The notes under the pieces are model-generated. The model was not told the origin of the DNA. It saw only the letters and a list, made by a program, of their open reading frames with translations, and ran no database searches. DNA of 57,514 nt, filler included, from Sluysia triapertura (taxonomy: Eukaryota), in NCBI GenBank assembly GCA_046118255.1. It is 4 parts of 4 records of this genome, joined end to end, with 100 filler letters (N's around TTAATTAATTAA, not from the genome) between each part and the next. Parts side by side here need not be neighbours in the genome. Positions count along the whole stretch, not along the records: positions 1 to 17,205 come from JBJNIA010190940.1; positions 17,306 to 33,707 come from JBJNIA010204706.1; 2 more parts are not named here. One strand, 5' to 3'. Shown piece by piece: positions 13,327 through 25,103 of the stretch (the first letter of the stretch is position 1; each line of letters opens with the position of its first letter). The translations under genes were made by a program, and so were the position numbers.

Positions 13327-15540
13327 TGTGGTCGGTTAGCCGAGTTTTGTAATATATTTCTTGTAAAATTTTAAATTTGCAGTTTTATTAAAAGCCGTTT
13401 GATTTTTAAAAGTAAAGTCTACTTTAAATGTCGTAGAAACAAAACAACTTATTACAAGAAAATTATTGTTAATTTTATCGTTCAAAACATATCATTCGAT
13501 TATTAATATTAACTTTCTACAACATATTTTTTATCTTTATTATAATTGTTTTGATTTTATTTGTAAAATTAACAAAAATCTTAATATAGAATAAACGACA
13601 AATTTTTTATTAAATATAATATAATATTTATGGATAAATTTGAAATTGTTGGATATCCTCAACTTAATCTCCGGTGTATTATTTACTGCACTGAACGCTA
13701 CTCCGTGATTCCATGTGTCACATCTGTATTCTGAAAAGTATAGTACGATAAAATTATGAATTAAATATAAACGATTAAAATTTACCCAATGTGTTGTCAT
13801 AACACGAATTTTACGAATAAAATATTTTGTGGAGTTGTATTGAGATGTTTGTTGGCCAATATTAAGGTATGATCAAATTGAAAGATAATCAATAGTTCAT
13901 GACGTGCCAGACATAAAATGATCGGTTTTCCAGACTATCCGCTGCTTTAAACCTGATGCGGTAGTCTTTTTAATTAATTGTCTCAGCATATCACGGCATT
14001 CAACATTTAGAAGCAGCCAAGGTATGAATAGACATTCTTCGTACATGATGGTAAACCAAAAATGTGAATATTTCACGTCATAATCGAATAATTCATTAGT
14101 TAAATTTTCTTCATCAGATTTATTGGTTAATCTTACGTATTGACTCCACAATTTAATCGACAAACCCTTTAAACCAGTCGTTAGAAAAAGGTAAAGATAA
14201 ACAATTTGAGTAAACAAAATTGATCTTTGTGATGACGATTTGTGTACGATTTATGTACGACTGAAAGACATAAATCGTTTAGTAGTTATTTCGTGCACGA
14301 TTATTCGATTAATGAAATTAAAACCGGTAAATTTTAATTGATAGCGATCGCGAATTAATTTACAACGTTTTTGCATTAAATAATGATCAGTGATTATCTT
14401 GTATTCTCCAATACTACGCATTATTTGCGACATATTATCGTGTATAAATCTAGACAATTCTGCGTGAGACAATACTAGCGGAACTCGAGATACAGGTTGT
14501 TGACTTGATAAAATTAATTGCGATGACAATAACTGAATTTTTTGTAAATAATCATTTAAATTAAATTGATAACGAAATAAATACGTCTGCATCGTTCAAT
14601 TATTGGATACGAAAAGCGACACTGAATTCAAATCATTAAAACATAGTCCAAGCAAACATTCCAAACGGCAATCTGAAGTAGCAGATCTGGAACTACGTGC
14701 ATTATGTAAGTTCTGCAGTTCATTAAAAGTCAGCCGTTTTATATGGGACATTAAATCTAATAATTCATAAATTCGCATAACGATAATTGAAATTAATTCA
14801 ATGGGTTGCGATTTTCGATGATTACCAATTATTCCTGTGAATTCTGGTTGAATGTGAGCAAAGTGAATAGCATTGGATTGCTGATTGTGAGATTTAAGAA
14901 AAGCATGTTTAAAAAACTTTAACGATTTAGTTTGATCTTCTAATGACTTTATCAATATTTCACATTTTTCGGAATTTATTGTTGTTTACATTTCATCAGG
15001 TTCAACTGTAAGAACACATCCAATTAATCCAGGAGAAACATTCGTGATATAAAGTTATTATTTTTAATATTTTTCTAAATCGTCTCTGTTGATTTTTTTG
15101 TGTTCACTCATAAGTTATGATGTCATTCAACGCTGTTGTGTTTGAACAAATAATGACTACTTGTTTATTTTTATTTTTAGTAGTCTAAAATTTTTGATTT
15201 TTATTGCTTAATTCCAACGTGGTTGATCTTCCAATCAGTCCTTCAAACAGAAAATTCAATAATATCAGTCCTGGTTGGATGATAGTTATAAATAGAGTTG
15301 GCTGCCAAAAATAATGATTGCTGATGATTGGCCATCATCAGTGTTGACACGTTAATGAAAATTGTGATGAGTAGTGTCAACACTGGTGGTGGTAGCAACC
15401 AGTTTTGTGATTACAAAATATTTTAATAAATTGTTATTATTATTATTAACAAGAAAAATAAAACAATAAAAATCGCAAAAATTCTTGTCTTAATATTAAA
15501 CAAGATCTTACTTTCTTTCTAAATCCTTCTTGACATATAA
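13327..15540 (-). mobile_element. Double-hairpin family copy A, carrying a long orphan ORF
   Basis: Minus strand ends ...GACCACA at 13327. Hairpin 1 is 15332-15350/15374-15392; the CCAAT inverted repeat is 15226-15240/15269-15283. An (AAT)n tract and an AAGATCTTGT purine block lie upstream. The 5' boundary was not found. Confidence 0.7.
13540..15111 (-). pseudogene. Orphan ~520-codon reading frame with 7 internal stops and no frameshift
   Basis: Track ORFs 14596-14955, 14251-14592, 13897-14217 and 13540-13800 share one frame with the ATG at 15111. No recognisable domain. Confidence 0.75.
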
Positions 15541-17205
15541 AAATAAAAAAATGAAATGAAACTTGCTGACATTGTGTGAAAGAGCAACGATAGCAGGGTA
15601 CACTATGCTCGAGTTATCGTTGCTGCTTTGTTGTATAAAATTGAATTCTTTAAAACTGTATTGGATTTTCCTGAACTTATTATTGATTTCTAAGATATTA
15701 AAATGAATTAAAACTGTATTTGGGACTAAATTTCTGAGTAAGGATTGTTTTGAAAGAATTGATAAATTAACGATGTTTTATTAAAATTTATTAAACTTCC
15801 TTAGGTTGGGCACATAAACATGTATCAATCGAGTTGGTGACGAATGATATAAATTCCGGAACATTAGACAATGTAATATTGGTTATTTTTATACTTTTAT
15901 TCTTGTTCTATAATAAAGAGTTATCAAATTTCCACGTTCTAATGTTTCTAAAATTTAGTTTTGTTTTTAAAGGCACTAAGCCTATTTTGTTTCATAATTT
16001 ATTAAATCGCCTAATGTTTAAAGGTTTAACTTGTTTTGATAATTTAACATTTAAGTTACATCCAAAAATAAATAAAATTTATAATAGTTCCAAGTCCTCA
16101 AAACTACTTATATAACCTATTACCTTTTTATTCGGTTCAAGATCTCTCAATTCAGCTTAATTTTTTAACAATATCCTTAAATGGTTGTGTATCAATTAAG
16201 CTAGCGTAAATTCTTAATTCTACTTAAGTTGCATCCTTCTTCTCATTAGAAATTTTCGCTCTGACTATTAAATTTTTGAATGCATAAGCAAATTTGTAAC
16301 CTGTTTCATTTGGTTTTTGTTTCTAATGTTAACATTCTTGCATAATACTTTACCAATGCTATTCAATGCAATTTCCTCTGTGAATGCATTTATGAATCCA
16401 TTTCAATCTTGCTTATGTGTTTTATCGATTTCCTTGTGTCTCAATTTCCACTCCGGTTAGATAATTTTGGATTTCTTAATTTTCTCTATTGGCTTCGGCT
16501 GCACTGCTATAGTCAAATAAGAAATCACAAAGTTCCTTCTCCGTGCAGTTTAATTTTCGCATGACTGGAATTATAACCGAGATTTTATGTTATAAGTAAA
16601 GTGCATCATGCAATGTATGAACTTATTCTTTTTTAACGCGTTGTCTCTTTCTTGTCCTAAGAATTCTGATATTTTCATTATTATCTATTCTAAAATATTC
16701 TAAGTTTTCCTATTAATGCAGTGTAAACTTAGGTCAGTTGTTTAATAGCTTTTTTACAACTCAAAACGAAAAGTTTCAAACTTAAAGTTACAATTTAACT
16801 TATTAACTAAAGGTACATATAACTTATGTAACTTAAGTAATTTGCGGAGATAAGCCACAACTTACTTTAATATAGATTCACAAGATTCATGTGACTTAAA
16901 TCCTACAACTTTATAAAACTCAAGATCAGTGGCTTAAAATAATCTTTAAAAATCTTCAATAATCTTTAAAGTAAACTTCAAAAGTCTTTTAAAGCTCAAT
17001 TTAACAAAATCTAAATATTTTTTAGAGGTGGTTTTTCAAATTTGCCAATGTATGCCTGATATTTCCATTTATGATCGGTATCACAACGGCTTTTTGTCAT
17101 AATAATTTGCAATGGTGCATTTTAGGATCATGCTGACATATAGTTTGGTTTTATTATATGAATAATAATTTATAGTTAAATGTTCGTTACCAACCTTAAT
17201 AAAAA

Positions 17206-17305
17206 NNNNNNNNNNNNNNNNNNNNNNNNNNNNNNNNNNNNNNNNNNNNTTAATTAATTAANNNNNNNNNNNNNNNNNNNNNNNNNNNNNNNNNNNNNNN
17301 NNNNN
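17206..17305. other. Artificial contig linker
   Basis: 44 N + TTAATTAATTAA (stops in all six frames) + 44 N = 100 nt, identical to the other two gaps. Confidence 0.97.
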
Positions 17306-18669
17306 TATTTTTAAGTAATCGTAAACTTATTTGTTACAGGAGTGCCAACAATACGTTGTAAGACGCTTACTGTAACCGAACCCTGCTAAAAAATATTTTG
17401 CCTTAGGTTAAGTGTTAGAAAAACCACAGCAGGTAAATAATGCTAAAAGCACCGCGACTCTTGCAGTATCCGAAGCGCTATCGATGGGCCTTGAAATTCG
17501 AAATATTTTATTAAACAAAAAATTTTATATTTTTATAAAATGTTTAATAATTTTTTCACGAAAATCTTCACAAAATAACTAATTTAACTTAACAAATTTT
17601 CGTTAAAATATTTTTTAAATTTCCAAATAAATGATAATTTGCTGGTTTCAAGTGTTATGCATCTAAAAAGATAGTTGTTTAATATATGACTGTTTTATTG
17701 AATGCACGACGTTATCTTAAAATGGTGGTTGAAGTTCAATTCGTTCCACGACTTACTTTAGATTGTTTAAGAAGTACTTCAACTTCTTTCGAACTCGATT
17801 TCATTTCCATGCAATAAAATATATCTAAATTGTATTGCGTATCTAAAATGTGGCACAGTTAAAAACAAAGCTTATTTTACGAGTTTTGACCATATAAAAT
17901 TATCTAAATGTAAATGAAAAGACAAAAAAACGTTTAATAAAATGTTCATACAATGTATAATGATGAGTTTCAAAAATGCTTAATTTTAATAAATCTTGTG
18001 TGTAAATAAATCTATAAATTGTTGTATAAATCTATAAATAAATTGTAGAAGACTTATTGATTTATTAATGCAATTATATATTTTATGTATTTCAAAAATT
18101 TGGAATAATTTGATGCTTTAAGTAAGATTTTTATTAATTTTTAATTTTAATTTTGATATAATTATATAAAAATTTTGAAAATGTTGAATACTGATTTTTA
18201 AAATTTTCTTTGCAAAGGAATATATATATATTAAATTTGTTTAATAATCTGTTTTAATGTTGACCTCAAGGTTATTTGTGTTTATAATATATAAAGACCT
18301 AAAATATGAACATAAACACACTAAAAAACCACAAATTTTTACGTATAACTCTATCTCGAAGATAATTCATTCAGTAGTAGAACAGCATTCGTCTTCAAAA
18401 AACTTTAATAATACGTCATCGAGAACTAAGTTGCTTTTAGAATTACCGTTAGTTTTTATTAATAAGTACTTCGCGATTTTTAAAATTGCTTATATAAAAT
18501 ATAGGTAAATTTCAATTCAGTCTTGCTACTATTTCAAAGTAGCATATTAAATTTCTTCTCTAAAAGTTTTGACGAAAGATTATATATTATATAATCTTGT
18601 TAAAATTTTATTGTATCCCTTTTCTTTAATAAATTTTATAATAATTGATTTATTTATTATTAACGTTGC

Positions 18670-18881
18670 AGGTCCTAGTACGAACCTTATTAAAATCAAT
18701 TTTTAAAATTCTTTAAAAAAACTTCGTTAAAGGTTCGGTTTAGAACCTAATTAAAATCATTTTGTAATTCATAAAGGTTCAATTTAGGAACATTATTAAA
18801 TTCATTAAATTAAAGGTTCAATTTAGGACCTAATTAAAATATCAATATTCCAGGTTCGAAGTAAAAACCTTGTTAAAATCC
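18670..18881 (+). repeat. Minisatellite-like array of ~5 palindromic AGGTTC-N6/7-GAACCT-WWTTAAAATC units
   Basis: Units start near 18670, 18730, 18775, 18814 and 18852. Confidence 0.7.
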
Positions 18882-18974
18882 ATTAAATTAAATTTTCAAT
18901 TTTCTATATTAATAAGAAAATTTCATATCAAGAGCTCTTTTTGAAAGCATATACTTTGTTAAAAGAATCTTTTG

Positions 18975-19062
18975 ATAGAAAACCCAACGGCTGGCCCTAA
19001 CCGGTAAGCCCAGTACGTTGGTGAACTCACTTTAAGCTAGGCGTTTTATTCTATTCTATTCT
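18975..19062 (+). repeat. Short dispersed repeat with an (ATTCT)n tail, probably a LINE/SINE 3' end; partial reverse copies at ~7372-7408 and ~24248-24305
   Basis: CGGCTGGCCCTAACCGGTAAGCC matches the reverse complement of 7373-7395. AGTACGTTGGTGAACTCAC matches the reverse complement of ~24279-24297, which also adjoins an AGAAT-repeat tail. Confidence 0.55.
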
Positions 19063-19749
19063 TGATTACTTACCTTCACCACATTAGAATCACAGAGAAA
19101 AGCCAAATTTTATATTAATTATTTTTGTATTTGTTTCGAATGAGTTATTAAATAATGAAACAATTTTATTAAAACTGAAATAACATATATTTATTTATTG
19201 ACAAAATCATCACTTGTCGATATTACCAATGGAACAGTAGCTAATATTAAGTGCTTATAGAATAACTACAGTTTTGAATGTTACTTAGAGGCTTTTATTG
19301 TGAAACTGCGAAATGGACCAAACGTTTTGTATTTCATTTTCAATGTAATAAATATTCAATGTTTATTTACTTTTTCACTTTCTGTACATTTAACCCTTAC
19401 GATTCGAAATAATTTTGCATTTTATTGTTCATAAAAGTTATTTATACTAATCCAATAAATTTGTTTCATTCTCATATTTTAAATCATCTGTCAAACAAAT
19501 TACTTAAAAAAATAAAATAATATTTAAGCATAGTTTAATAGTTTAATAGTTTTTTCGATAAAAATTTATTTTTGTTGTTAATTAATTTAAATTATATTTT
19601 TAAGTTTAAATTAAATTAATGCAAAACATAAATTAAGAAAATTATTTTCTATTAAAATTAATTAAAGAAATAATTTAAAGAGTTTTTGCATAAATTCGCG
19701 CTGTTTTTAAGTATTAATTTTCAAAGAAATCAAAGGTGGCGTGAAATTG

Positions 19750-20030
19750 TCCCGAAATCGTCCAATTCTCTGCATTTTTGGAGGTCATCTTCTTTAAAAA
19801 TATCACCAAGTTGGTTCGCGCCATCTCAACTGGTCCTTCGGAACGAGGAGCGTCGTTGATGTCGAAATTATAATGTTTGAACCTGGCAAACCAAATCCCG
19901 AGTAGTTCTCTCAGTTATAGCGTTCTCTCCATACACGGCACAAATATCTTTGGCAGCTTCACTTGCTTTTTTGACCTCGATTAAAGGCGGAAAATAGGTG
20001 TCGAATATTTTATTTGTTTCGACTTGACAA
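19750..20030 (-). mobile_element. Mariner transposase N-terminal (HTH) remnant
   Basis: EAAKDICAVYGENAITERTTR/WFARFKHYNFDINDAPRSEGP matches the mariner pattern ICxVYG...WFxRFxxGxFDxxDxPRSGRP; frameshifted. Confidence 0.85.
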
Positions 20031-21475
20031 TCCATTTGACGGTTCTAAAAAAGATTTAAAAAATAATACAAGCAAAAACGATTACCTTAATCTTGTTTCT
20101 AACGGTAAATAACACTTCGTAAACATCAAAAAGTTTTTGTTGAACAAAGAAATTCATGTAACGGCAACAACCAAATAATACAAAATTAAGTCTAATATAA
20201 ATAAAATTTATAAATTGTAAAAAGACATTTTCTAAAATTTTGAATTTCGATTTAAAATAAGTAGGTTAATTTTTTTAACTAAAAATAAAAATATTTATTG
20301 ATTTTGTTTTATGTAAAATATTAAACAAATCAAATAATCTTTTTTCTTTTAATCTTTCTATTATGTTAAACAAAAAAAGTATTAATTTATTATTTATTAG
20401 CTAATCAAAATTTAATGCCAAATGTGTATTCATAAAATCAAACTTCAACAAAATCAAAATCGTGTTTTTTTAAAATTGTAATCATTATTATGTCAAAACG
20501 TGGCATTATATAAATTATAAAATTTTATTTTATTTTATTTATTTACTATTAATAATAATAATAATAATAAGTTACTCTTTGAAAGGTAGGTTTATTATTT
20601 CCAATAGTTTATAAATTTTAATTGAAATTATTATACCTGAAGGGCGTTTAGCTAGATAAGTCTTAGTACAAAATATTAAATAAAAATATACTTTTAAATT
20701 ATTTTCATTATTATGAAATAAAAAGTAAAAACTAAATCTAATATATTTGTGTACACATAATAACAGAATGCCCTTACAATTATGTTCCAAAATCACACCT
20801 AGATCGAGGGGAATGCACTTTTTTAGTGGCTTAACCATCCAACTAGCTCTAGCATCAGATGTTGTTGACACTTCTCCTATTTTTGAAACTTTACGCCATC
20901 CGCATAAGGTTTAATTGATGAAACAAAAATGTATAACTTAATCAAACATGGTTCGATTTCATTTTGCTGTTAAGGATAAACATAAATGAAATCTCCATAT
21001 TTGAATTTCAATTTAAAACTTTCTTCAAAAGGAATAATTATTGCAGATAATTATTGCAGATAAAGTGTGTATTTATATATTATGCAGCGCCTAATACTTC
21101 CATGAATTTGTCAATGTTTTATAATATACGTTCGATTTGTTCCCCAATGCGCTTTATTTAAATGCCTATTATCTAGTGGCAAAAGACATTTCACTTTTTC
21201 TTGCTTTTAGTACAATTTAATTGGATTTCCTTAACGAGAAATTTATAGTCATTTCGTAAGTCATCACTTGATATATTATCAATTACTTTTTCACCATCTT
21301 TATCAGATTCATTATCTTCGACATATTATCAATTTTGCAATGAATTATTTCGAATAAAAATAATCGGTAAGATTATGAATACTCGTTGAGTTTACATTTA
21401 TTTACTTCAAAGACATATAGAACTTAAATAATTAATAATTTCAGAGAAGTTTTAAAGTAAATTGAATTTGACATT

Positions 21476-23404
21476 TGTGGTGGCCAACCTATTACATAAA
21501 TAAATTTTATTAAATATATATCCTAAATATTTTATACATTTCATCAAAAACACCTTTTTACATAATTTTTTGTCAACATAACTTTTACTCCCAAAATCGA
21601 CAACTCCCATTTTCAAATTCATAACTAATACAAAAACAATTAAAATCATACTCGTTTTAACATCACATAAATTCTTTGTAAAATTCTTCACAGCCATTTA
21701 TATACTTTAATTCTTTTCACATTCACCAAAATAAACTCTCACTTGTTAAAACATTTCAAATCTTCAACCCTATAACATTTTAACCACAACTACATTCGAA
21801 TTTAACCATAAGATATCTTCAAACTAATTCAAACATTCCGAATTCATGACCTGCATCATTTGATTCTCAACAGCACATAAAGGATATCACTACTTAAACA
21901 TATCAAGAAAATAAATCACATTTTAGCATTGTATAACCACCTTCAGAACATACTAAAAGCTAGATTATAACTTATCTACTTTTCATACACTAAACTATAC
22001 CCTTATAACATCTTTAGCTAGAAACATTATCCCATTTTGAACATTAAAATGTATTCTAACACCCACATAAACATTCATAGTGTCTCAAAATATTTAACAC
22101 CTAAAAGTATTTTCGCTTGACATAAGCAAGTAGCATTAAAATTTACACTGAAAAGTTTTATGCATTATCATACAGCATCAGCGTCACTATCACACTTTGA
22201 AGTCTTATCCAGGACACTTAAAATTAGGCTGAAGTCTCATAAATTCACAATTCTTTCAATAATTTAGATATGTAAGAAAGGTTAAAGAATATAAGAAAAG
22301 CTCATGTTCAGATAAAATAAAGAAATAAAGAAAAGAAACATTGTTGTTATTATTATTATCACCATTTTTAATTTTTATTATTTTATCAAAATTATTAATT
22401 TGGTAACTATCACTACCAGTGGTGACTGAATTAATTTACAATGACAGTCAATGTCAACGCTGATAGTGGTTCACACATCAATTATTCAATTTTGACTCAA
22501 TCCTTTTATGCGTCTCCATTGGCCATCCAACCAGAACAACTATTACTGTTGTTATCTTATCAATGCTTCTGGTTGGATGACCAATCAATAATCACAGTAG
22601 CTAAAACTTTTTATTGTCAAATTCGTTTACAAGAAAATAATGTTTAAAAAGTGATGGAATTTAACAAATTTAATGATTATAACGATGATTATAATGATTA
22701 TAATGATTATAAAGCTAACCATTATAAAGATGCTGATTTTAAAGCTGACCATTGTAAAGATGATAATTATAAAGTTGATGATCATAAAATAAACGATTAT
22801 AAACATGATGATTACAAAGCTAACGAGCATAAAGATGATGATTATAAAGTTAACAATAACGAAGGTTAACAATAATAAAGGTGATGATTGTGAAGCTAAT
22901 AATAGCGAAGGTGATGTTTGTAAGGTTGACAATGACAGAGATGAAGTTTATGAAGTTAACTATAATAAAAACGACGATTTCCAAGTTTACAATGGTAAAG
23001 GTGACCATTACGAGACTAACGACTGTAAAAATAACGATTATGAAGCTAACGACAACAAAGATGATTATTACGAAGTTATTGTTAGCAAAGATGATGATTA
23101 CGAAGTTAACATGATTGCTTTTTGTCTATTCGCCACAAATAAATACGACTTATGTGTAAAGAATGGAAGTCATTGCTGTTACGCTCACACAGTTTGCGAT
23201 TTGAGGTCCACCAAGGAAAACAATTCAAGGTACAACTCTCATTCTTTTAGAATTACCGAACTAGTCAAGAGCTTTAGTTTATTGACAACGATTCATATAA
23301 CAATAACTTCATCATGAAATATCAAAAAGTAAATAATTCTCTTACTTATTGTGATAATATCATAAATTATGTTTGTTCTTCAGATAGCGGAACATGAAAC
23401 TACA
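21476..23404 (+). mobile_element. Double-hairpin family copy B
   Basis: Starts TGTGGTGG. The C/A-rich arm 21500-22250 aligns with 25100-25870. AAGCTCATGT block, (TTA)n, hairpin 1 at 22409-22426/22453-22470 (14/18), hairpin 2 at 22518-22536/22567-22585 (18/19). The right end (CTACA at 23404) is tentative. Confidence 0.72.
22654..23317 (+). pseudogene. Acidic D/N/K repeat protein with a C-terminal CCCH-like zinc finger; one frameshift near 22863
   Basis: The 30-nt unit AAAGATGATGATTATAAAGTTAACAATAAC (KDDDYKVNNN) repeats over ~22670-23112. CLFATNKYDLCVKNGSHCCYAHTVCDLR (C-x9-C-x6-C-x3-H plus DLR) follows. Confidence 0.6.
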
Positions 23405-23813
23405 TTGGAAACACATACAGAAGACAGTATTTAAAATTTTTATAAATAAAATTTTATGTGAATTTTATTTCTTCACGTAAGTTCTGAACAAAACTTTAAA
23501 GATTATTTTAAATTTGTAATTTTAAAAAATAAACTTTCAATAAAATTTAATGGATCCTGTGTTAATCTAAGAGTAAATAACTGTTTAAACCTAATTTTTG
23601 GTCAAATGAATGTAATGTTTAATTCAAAACTTATCAATCATCCTCCACCACAACAAAAATGGAGTCAGGAGTATAAATATATTAAAATTCAATGGAAAAA
23701 ATATTAAAAACCAAAAATATAAAAGAAAATTATTTAACTTAACAAACATCTGTCATTTTCAAATCATCCTTTCCAAACCACAATAAACAAAATTTTGAAC
23801 ATAAATTTTCAGC

Positions 23814-24019
23814 TTATTTGGTTGTCATCATGGTAACGAATTCTTCATAGTTTACTTGACCATCACCATCTGCATCTGCCTGTTAAATCATTTCGTCTAC
23901 ATTTTCACTTAAGTTTGTCATTACATGTCTTAAATGAACTGCCGATTTAAATTCATTAAACACATTTCGCCCAAAACTCGAAATGTTTCTCGAATTTCTT
24001 CCTCATTATCAGTATCTTT
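23814..24019 (-). pseudogene. CaM: Calmodulin C-lobe pseudogene fragment, intronless
   Basis: KDTDNEEEIRETFRV ... [42 protein letters not shown] matches calmodulin EF3-EF4. It has a frameshift, an in-frame deletion and an internal stop. Confidence 0.93.
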
Positions 24020-24020
24020 C

Positions 24021-24200
24021 AGGGTCCAGTTGTAATAAACATCTTATTACATGAAATATCACATTTACTAACACTATACATTTACTTTTCAGATCCATTA
24101 AAACATTTTTGCATTTCAAAACATTGTAAATTCACAATCTCATAACATTAAAATTATACTTACAATTTTAATTTAATTTACAATTTCACAACATTAGAAT
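24021..24200 (+). repeat. Fragment of the family C/A-rich arm abutting the calmodulin remnant
   Basis: CTTTTCAG.TCCA...TTTCAAAACATT...ACAATCTCATAACAT is shared with ~25388-25453 and more weakly with ~21712-21780. Confidence 0.6.
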
Positions 24201-25103
24201 CACTATTTACGTCCCAAACTAGCAAATATACATGTGGGAATATGTAGAGATAAGATAGAATAAAATAGAATTTTAACGTGAGTCCACCAATGTACTATGC
24301 TTAATTGATAAATGTGTAAAAATATGTTGTTTTTTTTACTTTTTCATACTATAGGTACTTCACTAATTTTAGAAATTTAAATCTTTCAAAGTGAATTTTA
24401 GGGGATCTATCTAAAATTGAAAAACATGAGGAGGGTTCTACGAGAGAAAAAAGTATGGGATCAGTAGCTTCTAAAATATCATATTGTGTTATTGGAATAC
24501 TTAAAATATTTAATTTAGATTCTCCTAAGTATGATCGGATGATACCATTAATGGATCAATGATGGAATTCCTCAGCAACTTTGGGCTTTAGTCCATTTAG
24601 CTCAATGGATAAAACAAGTTAGATTTTCAAATGAATTATTATATTTTTATGAGTTGTCATTATTATTTTTTAAAAAAATTGTGGCTAATCAGCATCACTT
24701 GATTCTTACGATAATTAATGTTACTTTAATAGTAAATAATTTCAAAAGTATTAAAATTAGGCTCCGTAAAAGTATCAAAAAGGAAATATCTTTATTCTGA
24801 ATTATCTATTACAATATTGTACTATTAATATACATAAATTAATTCATAAAATTATCTACAAATAAAAACAGACAACTTCCTTTAGATTCATTATAAGAAG
24901 TCGTTATTTATATATAAAAGATGTTCTATTATTAGATGTATTTTTGTTAAATATACAAAATATATGTTATTTTATGACATTAATAAATTTTTGCCGTTAT
25001 TAAAATTAAATTAGAAATTAAAAGTGTATACTTAATAATAAAAGCTTAAACGTAATTAATAATTAATATCTATTGATATTTTTTGTGTAAGTTAAATTTA
25101 TTT

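Noticed and set aside
15640-17200. Coding-like minus-strand remnants (also 20780-21360, 37640-38930, 3800-4600)
   Set aside because: Probably decayed TE ORFs, but no motif I can name with confidence.
17206-17305. Palindromic TTAATTAATTAA within N runs, three times
   Set aside because: Identical 100-nt construct at every gap; an artificial six-frame-stop linker, not biology.
18670-18881. CRISPR-like repeat/spacer appearance (also 3408-3720 and 49064-49150)
   Set aside because: Repeats are degenerate, spacers are irregular or themselves repeated, there are no cas genes, and the context is eukaryotic.
22627-23114. Hydrophobic ORFs 22627-22932 (minus) and 22881-23114 (plus)
   Set aside because: Alternative-frame readings of the 30-nt tandem repeat.
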